Below, in pieces: positions 11,821 through 23,480 of a stretch of 64,000 nt of DNA. The DNA lies in the NCBI RefSeq assembly GCF_963921235.1, contig NC_086118.1, positions 24,182,001-24,246,000 on the forward strand. The letters run 5' to 3'. Both the position numbers and the translations under genes were made by a program. Every line of letters starts with the position of its first letter. Within the stretch, counting starts at the first letter, position 1. Below the pieces are notes generated by a model, which saw only the letters and a list, made by a program, of their open reading frames with translations, was not told where the DNA came from and did no database searches. Source of the stretch: Mobula hypostoma (Eukaryota).

Positions 11821-14164
11821 TGTTCTGTTCCAACAATGCTTGAGTTCCTGATTTTTCTTTGGAGACTGGCTTTTCCCACATCTTTACTTTCAACTCACTT
11901 TGTCAACACAATAACTCTTGTATTCGAGAGTAATCTTCAGTTTCTTTCTGAAGACTTCAGAATCCATATCTTCATCTATTTGTTCTTTTTTTGAACACTC
12001 TCAGGACACTAAGGGTTACCCCTTGGCACTTGAAATCATTAACATTTCTTTACTGAACTCCAGAATTAAACTGGTTTGCTTCTAGTGTTATTTGACAACA
12101 CTGATAATTTGACCAAATTCTTCCTAGGGGCCTTGATTACAATCCATCAGCAGAGTTTGGCCGGTCACCTCCCGTGCCTGATATGAACTCCTGAAGCAGA
12201 GTCTCTATTAAGGAGGATGAGATTACCAGATGTACAGAGAAGAATATTCAATGTGATTAAAGCCTTATTGAAAAATGCAACATTCCTACCAACTTCTGTG
12301 AACCTCTAGTTCATCCAAAGTGAAGAGGCACCATTCAAAATCATATTCATTACCCCAAGGCTATTAGGAAGTCTTGTGAAAATCACATTAGTAAAGTATT
12401 CACTCTGCTAAGCTCTCCCTACCCCATCTATGAATGGGATTACTATTTTTACTATGGCTTCATTGTGCCCCTCAGAACCACAAAAGGTAGTGGCTATCCT
12501 CAATCCCAAAGAGCTTCCTAAGAAGATCTACCACTTCTTCTCTCTTATTTTTGATAATGATGTCCATGCTTCAAGGACAGGTTAACGATTAGCAAAGGAA
12601 AGTGATTTAAAGAAAATGGGGAAATGGTCAACTTTTTTCCAGCATTTTTAAAGCAGCTGATCCAACTCTCTTGCATCCCCTGCAGCGGAAGCTCATTCTC
12701 CCCAGTCCCTTAATAAAAGGACCACCATATTTACTCCTGTTATATAGCGTAGAAATGCACACAACTCAGATAACGTCAATTTTTTTCTTCTAATTCAGAA
12801 TCCAGCTAGTTAATGCCATTCTTCTGACCTTTAACTATTAGGCATAGCAGACCTAGTTATAAATTGCTGGATCCAAGTGTTCAACGAATCTACTGAAGCA
12901 TCAACAATATTTAAACTAAAGACCACATCAACCTAATTTAAGTTTTTAACATCAGAATTAGCTTTGCACTTGTCCTTTATTGATAATTAAGCCTGTTGCA
13001 ACACTCTTATCATAACAAGCCAATACGGGCCAAACCGTCCATAATGGACAGATAAGGGCAGTTCAAAATTCCACTCTTCAACATTCCCTATTGCTCTGTT
13101 TAACTTGCTTTCTCTCTTTTTCAGTTCTGGTGAAGTGTTTTTTTTTAGCCTGGAACATTAACTGGTTTCTCTTTCCACAGTTTCTGCTTGACTACCTAAA
13201 TTCTTCCAGCATATCTAGTTTTTGTTTAAGCCTAGCCATTCTTCATACTACTAAAACTAGGTCAGCTTACTAACAGTTAATGCAGAATCTTGCATGCCAA
13301 CCAACTAATTCTATCCCTAGTTCATTTTCTGCATGTCCAAGTACTTCAACCTTCAGATCTCCACAACTATAAACTTCAACTTCTTTGCAGTGATTCTCAT
13401 TTCAAAATAAAAGGAAACTAATTATGCAATATTCAAGGATGCTTCTTCACTTATTAAATTTCAGAACAAGTGACCTTCTTCAAATAGCAGTCTCTCACTC
13501 CCCATACCATCTCTCCACGCATACCGCTATCCCATCCATGCATGCGTGCACAAACTCTCCACAGTAGAGCACATTAAAAAATACCTCAATTTCAAAATAA
13601 ATTGCTCTAGGTCTGGCTATCACAAAGTACAACAGAGTTCCTATATACTTGTTGCACTAGAACATAAAAATATGAGTAAGTGATATTTAGCGCGTGCCCT
13701 ACGATGGCACTTTGCACTATTCTGAGATCTAAACATTAGACATCTGCTCTGCACTTATTCTACAGTACATCTCAGCTGTCAATCATGCAATTTCCAGATA
13801 AAAGAACACCAAGCACAGGGTGATTGATTTTGAGTTTAACTTCAGATGATTCCTGGAAATCTTTAAAACGTAAAAGGAAACGACATTCATCAATTAAAAC
13901 TGTCTGACCCAAATGTTACTCATCTGACAAAGACAGCTTCCTTGATTGAGATTAGTGATTTTCAGGATCAGGCAAGGCTAAAATTTCTACACTATTATTA
14001 CCGAGAGCTCAGAGGAAACCAGTCTGAAAATATACAGAGAAAACTATTATTAATGCTTTCATATCAAACACAGTTTATCAAGCGCAGCTTGTTACTACGG
14101 CAGTTTTCTAAAATGGGCACTAAAATATATGAAGAGATGAGAGCTAAAAGCAGTGCAGCACTTA

Positions 14165-14612
14165 CACTATTTGAGGACCTGAGTTATAGGGGAAGGTTGA
14201 ATACTTTGGGACCTTTATTCCCTAGAACCTGGGAGAAAGAGGGGAGATTTGATACAGGTATACAAAATTATGAGGGGTATGGACAGGCTCAATGCAAGCA
14301 GGCTTTTTCCACTGAGGGTGGGTGAAACTCAAACTATAGGTCCTAGATTAAGGGTGAAAAGCGAAATGTAAAAAGAGGAACATGAGCAGGAACTTTCTTC
14401 CACAGAGTGATGAGAGTGGGAAATGAACAGCCAGCAGTTGTGGTGGATATGGGTTCAATTTCAGCGTTTAAGAGAAATTTGAATAGGTACACGGATGGGA
14501 AGGATATGGAGAGCTGTAGTCCAGGTGTGTGTCAATGGGACTAGGCAGATTAATAGTTCAGCGTGAACTATGTGGTTAAGGTCCCCATTTCTGTGCTATA
14601 GTGTTCTATGAC
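14165..14612 (+). mobile_element. CR1 3' fragment
   Basis: LSYRGRLNTLG peptide and TTCTGTGCTATAGTGTTCTATGACT tail. Confidence 0.7.
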
Positions 14613-15269
14613 TATAACTAAAATGGTGCCGAAAGGGGAACAGACTGCAATTTTTAAACCTGACTCAGGGAAATAATTTCCAATTCTTCATGCATTTGTA
14701 GGATGCCACTCATGGCTTCTTTGCACAGTTGCACTTCAAGTGCTCACAGGTCCAGGTCACATGCAGAGTGCTAACTTACCCGCTGGAGGTCCTCAGCTGC
14801 CATCACCGGTAAAAGTGAGCTGGTTCTTTTGCGTGATCCAACGCAAGGATTCCAGGGAGATGTGGAAGCAGCTACCTTGCTTCTTTCCTGCTTGGCTGGA
14901 TATCTCAATGCAAAGATGCACATCCAAAGATCAAAATGGTCTGAGCCCAATATAACAAATTGGAAGGTCTCACTAGCAAAGTTCAGGGAATCCCTGCTTT
15001 TTAAAGCAGTACAGCTGAACAAATGTTAGCTTTTCATAGAAGACACCCAAATGAGAGTCAGGCAAGGTCCATCTTGTTAACAACTGCTTCCATTAGTGCC
15101 TGCTTTCTCATCCACTCTGGAGCCACTTTTCAAATTCCAGGGTAGCCCGTGCCGTATAGGCGTTGGTTGGTTATGATGTCTGTCTGTCGATTTTGACGAT
15201 GACAATGCTGTTCGTGCAGATGATCTGATGTGTGTTTGGAGGCGACGATAGAGGCCAATTCTTGAACGA

Positions 15270-15830
15270 CATAGTCAAGGAAGTTGTCCTGATTCTGCAG
15301 GCATGGCCATTGCTGCTGTCGTTTCCCTCTTCTGTCAGACTGTCTCCAGGTCCATATGACACCTGCCTCGTAAGTTGCTGTGAGCAAGTTTAACCACAGA
15401 ATGCCACCCAGTTCTCAGATCCTATGTTCCAGATGCTGGGGAGCAATGCTGGCTTTCACTCAGACTTCATACCTCTAAAGAGGTCTACCACAGTTTCTTC
15501 TTCTTCGTGATAACTGGCCATAATGCTGCTGCTTAGGGAGTGTTGGGTCCTCCATGCCTTTAACATGTCCGGTCCAATGAAGCTGTGCTCTCAGGGTCAT
15601 GACTTCAATATTGGTTGTCTTTGCCCTATTGAGTACTTTCAGGTTTGTGATGTGGTCAAGCGGGCAGATGCCCACAATGGATCTCAGGCTGCGCACGTGG
15701 AAGTGCTCCAGCAGTTTGAGTTGCCTTTTGTATACAGTCCACGTTTCGCAGCCATATGGAAGAATAGTGAGGACAACAGCCCTGTACACGTTGAGCTTAG
15801 CAGACATGACTGCAGATTCAGACATTTAAA
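15270..15830 (-). mobile_element. RTE-clade LINE fragment
   Basis: KLNVYRAVVLTILPYGCETWT...FHVRSLRSI...QLHWTGHV...LPKQ is typical of the region after RT in RTE elements. Confidence 0.8.
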
Positions 15831-16598
15831 CCGGTGGAAGACCGCCACTCCAGCCCACAATGCACCGCACAAATGAATTTCTAAGCGCACATAATTTAGA
15901 CTGCAGAAGCTATGTGCTAGTCGACCAATCTTTTACATATTTAAATATCCAGAACATCAGCTGTAAGATTCAAAACACTTGAATAAATCCCAGCTCCAGC
16001 CTCAGGCTCTTTCTTCATTGATCGCCTCTGCGAGATGTTTTTGCCCTTCCAAGAAATGCAATGGAAGCCAGTGATGGGTGGCCCTTAGTTTTATTCAGGG
16101 TCAGTCTTAATGGACAAACTGGTATCTTTCATCTATCACAGAACTGCGCACTCCAACCAAACTCTCAAGTCCTCTGCCTTAAAAAAAAAATTCCCAGTAG
16201 AACCTGTTTTGGCACACGATTCTTAAAGTCAATCGATCTCACACTGTTTGAACAGAGCACAGAACAGAGCTGCGACAGCATTCCTTGCTGTCCACCACCC
16301 AATTTATTCAGGGAGTTTAGCCAAGAGGATGAAGCAAGTTACAAATACCATGAGCCAATATTTAGCAAAGCGGATGACGTACTGATAATCTATCTGGAGT
16401 GCCAGGTGACTGATTTGTGTGGTTCATTCTTCACAATGTACAACCCAGTAACTTAAGAGACCACGTTTACTATTGTAGAACAATTGTACACGACGAGAAA
16501 AATTCTTCCAACAACAAAACTAGGGAGTAGCTGCTTTACTTAACCGTCACTGCTGCATGGACATAGTGAAAGTATAAATGGTAACTTTTGAAGCTTAC

Positions 16599-16739
16599 CT
16601 GCAAGTAGCTGAAAGATTCCAGTGATGTAAAAACGACCTCCTTTCTGGAGCGTAAATAGCTGGCAGAAAAACAGAATCACCGAGAGAAAGCTGAAGATGA
16701 CGGAAAGAATCATCATTGCCTGAACAGCTTGCAGCCATT
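16599..16739 (-). CDS. PMP22: PMP22 coding exon 3 ([47 protein letters not shown])
   Basis: 141 nt, TTTTCAG acceptor, GTAAGC donor. [21 protein letters not shown] matches PMP22 rather than EMP1/2/3. Confidence 0.96.
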
Positions 16740-19700
16740 CTGAAAATACAGGGCAAAAGGACAAACGTTACAATGTAAGGAAAGGGCAACACAAAATTTT
16801 TTTGTTAATTCCGAATAGTCTCACTCCTTTACAAATTCTGCAAATATTGTGGTAAAGATAAACATCTGTTTTAATATTAGGATATCTACATTGGAGCCTG
16901 CAATATTGCAAAATTGAATGCACCACTGAACTATTGCAAAATTGAAACTCAAAATGGCAAATTCAGAGCAGGAATAGGGAGATCAGCCTGTTCAGCGTGC
17001 TCTATCACTCAACATGTTCATAGCTGATCTGTGACCTAAAGTGCATACATAGTCTTACCACCACTAATGTTTTACTGCCTTGCTCATCAGGAGACCCTAA
17101 CTCTGCCTAAAAATAATTCCACAATTCAACCTCTACTGTCTTTCGAGGAGGAACAAATTAACATAAAGGGTATGACATCCTTATCAGTGCCAGCTGGTAC
17201 TAACTAAACTCCCAGATCAAAAAATTACTGTTTCTTTCCCACTATGTCTGATTTTCTGTGGGTTCCAATGCTTGGCCTGCACTAATGGTGAATGCAGAAA
17301 TGTCACGTTTACATTAACTGGTGCTAACTAACTACTTCATTTCCCCATCCAACAGCCTGTTGTGTTCTCCAAATCCGGGCACTGAAGGAGCACAGACCAA
17401 CAGCACCACTCCCAACTCCAGCTGAAATCAGTTTGCCACAAGGGACATGTTCCCAACAACAGCCATTTTGGTTTTCATTTTCCGCTGCATGACCTCTAAT
17501 TATTATTTTCAAATTTGGGGTATCATTGTAACCGATTTAAAGATAGTAATATTCCATTGCACAAAGGGGAAGATGGTGACTGGAATGTATTGCCAAGGGT
17601 GGTGATGGAGGTAGATACAAAGGAGACATTTAAGAGTCTCTTGGATAAACACGAATATACAGAGAATAGAAGGGTATGGACTGTGTGCAGGCAGAAGTTA
17701 GTTTAATTAGGTATCATTATGTTAATCTAGCACATTCTTGGAAGAAGGATCTGTTTCTGCACAAAATTACTCCATGTTCAATATAGGATACAGAAATTCC
17801 ATCGTAAGTGCTTGAAGAATAGATGTTGGCTAGGACTTAGAGGAGACCCATCTTTTTCTTCGATTAGTTCTGTGGGACCTTTTACGCCCAAGGCAAATAA
17901 CCAAGTGGGATCTAGATCACCACCTTCAAAGTTTTTTTACCACACCAGCCTGAGTTATGCACCCAACATCTCTGGGGTTAGAACTTTTAACACAGAGGGG
18001 CAATAGCAGTGCCAACATTCAAAAGGTGGTGCTCGCCCTGTGTTGAGAATAAAATACTGCCCCGAGATCTTTCAGTTTATTGGAAGGTGAGATTTCAAAG
18101 TTAAATTGTGTTAAGGTTCCACCTACGACAGCCCTACATTTTTATATTTAAAAAAAATGCAATCCCATGCACAAGTGTTTGGTTGCTCTTTTAGCTTCAG
18201 TCTGTTGGCTAACACAGCAGAATTTGAATACATTGCACTGTCAGAACTAAACAGGTGATTGCTCAGCAGATTTTGTTTCAATCATTTGAGTCTCAGAATC
18301 AAAACATACATTAAAAAGTGATTAGGTTCCACTAAAATTCAATAGTTACCAATTATTGCTGCTTTAATTAAAAATGGTGCCAGATCAAATTCTTTTATTC
18401 TTTTCTGTTACTGCACTAAATGGCACTGGTATTTTGCAACAATGGCTCAGAAAAAAAAATGAATCACTGATTACAATTTAGAGCTTAGAATACTCAAATC
18501 CAGGCCAGCATCAATCATTTCCTGATGGTGGCAGTGTGTTCAAAGTCACATATGTATGGATTACAGATGCAGTGAACAGTGATTAATGTTCTGGTGAGGA
18601 GACTCTAAACAAATCGTGAACTAGCCTTTATCAGAGCAATGACAACTTTTTTGTCACATTCTGAAATCTCTCCCTTGTTTGTATCAACAATTGGTATTCC
18701 AGACTAGTTACAAAAATTCTCTACTTTTAAAGGTCACAGTAGATTCTTATTTCCACCTCCGATGGTGCCAGTCTAACTCTTATAATGGCTGGCGTAGTCG
18801 CTCTGCCTCCCACCCATTCTGCCCAATAATATGCAAAGCTTCTGACAGCCAAATGAGGAGGCAGACAATGGAATGCAACCTGCAGCAAGTGGTATTAAGC
18901 AACAAAGAATAACCAAAACTACTGGGCTAATTGGTAATTATTCGCGCAGGGCATGCAACAGAATATCTGTAATAACGTATTTGCTACATTATTAATTATT
19001 AATAGGTTTTAAGTGTCACCCTACCGTTTCTTGACAATTAAAAAGAAAACTAAGCAAATCTTAACCACTTTGAAGAATTGCACTTTTTTAAAACCAGTTT
19101 TCCTGAACATTGTGTTGTCAAGAAAATGCATTTTTCCAAGGAATACTAATTATTTTAAGCAAAGTTTCAACATAATCCTGTATTATTACTTGGATATTAA
19201 TCTTGGAAGAAATGGATTTAGCAATTTTTTAAATGCAAAATCAAAAATACCGATTCCAATTTTTGTCAGCTCAATTTTTAAAACAGACTGGACCACTCTT
19301 TATTCTTAAGGAATATCAGCATGCTGAAACTACATTATTTCTACAGCTGATTCGTATCCCTCTGTCACCAACCACGATGAATTTTTCATTCTCAAAGCAG
19401 GGAGACTGTTTGATGTCATGAAACTAACTGAAGTCTTTAATATATGTTGTTTTTCAACTCTACCTGCCACAAACTCAATTTTCAAATTATGATGCTCATA
19501 GTGGACTATGAAATGAACAGCTGCAAAATAGGACCCAATTTCAGTGCAAGAACGCTTTGGAAATAAAACTGACCACAATTATTTTGTTTGCAATTTATTT
19601 TTGAGTTTCATTTTAAGTGGGTGTGGTATAATTTTAAACATGCACAGTTATTAAACTTTTAGTACAGCAAATTGATGAAGTGGTTTGCTATTCAAGATTT

Positions 19701-19859
19701 CTAATTCCAAAGCCAATTGCAATCTATGGGTATGAAAGAGAAATCAAAATGGCCCTAAAATAACCATTTTGTGTGTTTCTGACAACCGGTATTAAAAGGA
19801 TTTGAATTAACAAAATAATTGTGAAATACAGCCATTGCAGATATCAGAAATGATACCAA

Positions 19860-20345
19860 TGAGAGTGAAAGAGTGAAGAGAAAAATCTACAAGTTTGTTT
19901 CTGGGTCTGGAGGACCTAAGTTCTAAGGAAAGGTTGAATAGGTTAAGTCTTTGTTCCCTAGAGTGTAGAAAAATGAGGGCAGATGTGATAGTGGTGTACA
20001 AAATTATCAAGGGTATAGAGAGGGTAAAAGTATGCATACTTTTTTCCACTGAAGTTGGATCAGGCTAGATCTAAAGATCATGGGTTAAGTGTGAAAGGTA
20101 AAATGTTTAAGAGGAACATGAGGGGGGTACTTTTTCCACTCAAAGGGTGGTGAGAGTGCAGAATAAGCTGCCAGCGCAAGTGGTCAATGTTCAATATCAA
20201 CATTTGAAAGAAACTTGGACAACTACATGAATAGGTATGGAGGACTTGGGTCCAGGTACAGGTCAACAGGACTAAGCAGAATAACAGTTTTGCATGGACT
20301 AGATGGGCTCAAGGGCCTGTTTCTGTACTGTAGTGTCCTACGACA
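19860..20345 (+). mobile_element. CR1 3' fragment
   Basis: Same family as 14165-14612. Confidence 0.7.
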
Positions 20346-21212
20346 CTATTGTTCTAGACAAATGGACATTTTGAACATGCCAAGCCTCCAGAAATTACCA
20401 TGACACAGCATCACTAAAACAAACTTTTCTTGTCATGCAGTTTACAGATATTGGCAAGCTCGCCCATTCTAATTTGACCAATCTTTAAAAATTATTTGCA
20501 TCTACACATCACAAGCAGTAAGATAATATTCAAAGCTAAACTGTTTCTATCTCCCCATCACGTCAAGTTTAAAAAATCTCGAATATTCAATAAGAACAGC
20601 TTGTTCCACTTGTAAGAATTATTGACAAAAATGTTTTAAAATTCTTTTGAATAAAAACTAAGTGAATTATTTTAACTGATAGATTTGACTGTCATTAATT
20701 ACTTCTTCAGCAGTTAAATTTGAGTAGTCAACCCCTGACTCTGGAACATCATGTCATATTGCCAAGAGTAACAGACGAGAGTACAGAAGCAACACGTTAG
20801 GGAAAAAATTAATTGGAACTGAGTGGACTTGAATGAATGAGAGAAATCTGCCTACGTTGCGGTGTTGCTGTCTAATCCCAGCCCAGCCCTCTCCGCGTGG
20901 TGCTGACTCTGCAGCAGCGGGCGTTGCCAAGATTTGCACTTTCGTAGTTCCACCACTAGGTGCCCCCCACACTTCGAAATCTCGCAAGACCGCGCCCACA
21001 TGATGCCTCCACCTTAAAACACTGTCCAGGAGAGCTGAACCAACTGGTTGCAACTGAGCTGTGCACTGCACCGTCTCGTTCTAATCACCAAGCTTTAAGC
21101 ACAAACAAACGCTGAGTGCCCAAGTTTGTTTCCAGTTATTAGACTTGCCTTTACTTAAAGCGAGCAGATTGTAAACGTTTACACTGGATTGGAAGAGAAC
21201 ACACTCACTCAC

Positions 21213-21306
21213 CGTTCGTAGTATAGGGCGTGCAGTTCCAAGCTTCAAGCCATGTGCAATTCTGCCAAATATCTAAACTATGGATGTCGCTGTAATACCA
21301 CCAGGA
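21213..21306 (-). CDS. PMP22: PMP22 coding exon 2 (SWWYYSDIHSLDIWQNCTWLEAWNCTPYTTN, extracellular loop 1)
   Basis: Translated by hand; not in the ORF track. T-tract plus TAG acceptor, GTGAGT donor, 94 nt, phase 0 to phase 1. Carries the claudin/PMP22-family W..D-x-W-x-N-C..C motif. Confidence 0.93.
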
Positions 21307-21800
21307 CTATACCAAAAAAAAACAAACATCACACTAGATCAAACATGTCTTCTGCAGAAGATGAAATTCCAGTCAATTTAACGAAAGCGTTCGGATCTAT
21401 ATAGATTTAGTTTTGAACAGCATGAATTCAGCATATGGAACTCTTAATTGGAAATGCATTAGACTTGGTAACTAAAAAATACTTTTAAACTAAGGTTCTA
21501 CTTTACTGAAATAGGGTATTCACGTCACTACGAAATTATCTCCACTTGGAAATTGTAAGCAACTATTGTGGGAATTAAATTTCTGAAACAAATAATCTTT
21601 AACGAAATTATACCATACTTTCCACCGCGTTAAAAATTATATTTCGAGGTAAATCAATAATTAAATCTGACCACCTGCATGATTTTAAAACCGAAAACAA
21701 ATTCTAAATAATAGCCTTGCCGAGAGTATACAGGACACGAAGTGCGCTTTTGTAATACACATGTCAGCCTAAACCAAGAGAAAATTTCGGCTGTACTTAC

Positions 21801-21878
21801 ATTAACAATAGTAGAAATAAGCAGCAAAACCAGTACGGTCAGATGAAGCACAATGATACCCGCCAACAACACGATCAT
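21801..21878 (-). CDS. PMP22: PMP22 coding exon 1 (MIVLLAGIIVLHLTVLVLLLISTIVN, TM1)
   Basis: ATG at 21878. 26 codons resemble the PMP22 N-terminus (His12 and Leu16 kept). GTAAGT donor at 21800. Acceptor CTTTTTAG puts the exon start at 21902, with 24 nt of 5' UTR. Confidence 0.95.
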
Positions 21879-23370
21879 TTTGATGCTTTTTCAAGTTGAA
21901 AACTAAAAAGGAGGGAACCAAGAAAGAGGGGAGTGAGTTGCCTGCGAACTACCCCGAAAGAGCTGCGACGATCTCTGGCGTTTTCTGTTCACTGCAGTGA
22001 TCTTATTAAAACTAGGGCGTGTCGACAAGGCAGGATACGGAATGCCCAACAGAGGACGCCCCGATCCCATTGCGGGCACCGTTAGATTGGGAGTAGACTA
22101 TAGTCACTTGCACTGTTTAAACAATTCAATCTTTATACAAACTGTAAGTATTTAAAAATGTTCACTGTGACGAAAGTTTGCATCGGCTGTGGTTATGTTG
22201 TTCATAACATAAGAATGCCTATAAAAAACACAAGATGGTACAAAAATTTCCAGGACAAGGTCAAATAATTAAAAAAAGCTACACATTTTCTATTTGTATA
22301 TGCAATATTTCAAAGCTTACTATCCTCCTAAATGCAAAACGAGATCGAACAAATAGTTAAATTCCAAATATACGGCGTATTGGAATTACCAATGTAAACG
22401 TGTTCCTTCTCTACAATTTGACCATAGGAATCCCAATATCTATTTTAGACTGTGTTGATCCAATCAATTAAACGAAATAAGCCACCAGTTACGGTTAACT
22501 TAACCTTCCAACTGTGAGCCTTCTAAAAAAGCTGGTGGCTCTCAGTCCATACGGATGCAGAGTGAATGAAACGGAAAAATAACCGTTAAGAGAAGGATCT
22601 CGGCGGTGCCAGTTTCAGGGGCCGTGTTTTTCTTAGTCCAAAACCCAGTGCGCTATTCACAAAGGCGCCATTCAGTCAGAGAACAAGTCAATTTTTGATA
22701 CCTAACTTTAGGTGCCGATTAGAACGAGCAAGGGCGGGTGATCATAACCTAGCATTAAGGCAAAAATTCTCAACAGAAGCAGTAACCTTCTGCCGCTAAC
22801 CTCCAACTCTAATGGCGTTTTACAATCAATAATCGATTGATGGCATGGAGCCAGCGACCAATTCGTTAAATAAACAAATCGCAGCATGTGGCAAAACGCA
22901 TCAACATCTGGAAAGCCATTTCAAATTCCACTCGTGGGATGACAGTGACGTCTTTGAGTTAGCCGTAATACATGTATAATTGTTACAGAAACCAATAGAC
23001 AAGAATGTTAAGATATCACAAAAATAATTATGGCACAAGAAGATTGCTTGCCGCTCACTCGGTTGCTCCTACACACGCCGTCGTGCTCTGCACGATTACT
23101 ATTAAAAGCGCGGCTATAATTAAAGACTCGCACCAACTTTCTTGGCTTTTCACAAAGTTGATTCGATTTACGAAACGCATTATATTAAAAAAAAAGTCGA
23201 TCGGCTGAAAGAACATGAGCTACCAAACACTATGAAAGTGTTTGGGTGTTTCAGACGATCTTGACACTTACTTTCCAACAGTTGTCAAAACACCGAAGAA
23301 TGCATTCAATTTAAGAAAATAAAATATTTAGTCGTTTTCATCCGGAAAAAAGAGCAGAGATCCAACTTAC

Positions 23371-23480
23371 TCTGTGACAGATCCTTAACAATCGAACAGT
23401 GTGTATGTGTGCGTGTGTGAGAGACAGAGACACCTCAACGCTAACAGCAAAGTCCCGTCAAAGAAACTTGAGGCTAAGAA
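23371..23480 (-). other. Candidate non-coding first exon of PMP22 (exon 1B-like)
   Basis: Consensus donor AGA|GTAAGT at 23371/23370, directly downstream of the GC-rich core. The ATG exon has an acceptor, so an upstream exon is required. 5' end is estimated. Confidence 0.55.

Noticed and set aside
21654..21878. ORF-track 74-aa ORF (and the 16540-16764 ORF) as complete proteins
   Set aside because: Both are PMP22 exons read through into intron. Splice sites define shorter coding segments.
4928..21878. Calling the gene EMP1, EMP2 or EMP3
   Set aside because: Exons 3 and 4 ([37 protein letters not shown]) match PMP22 much better.
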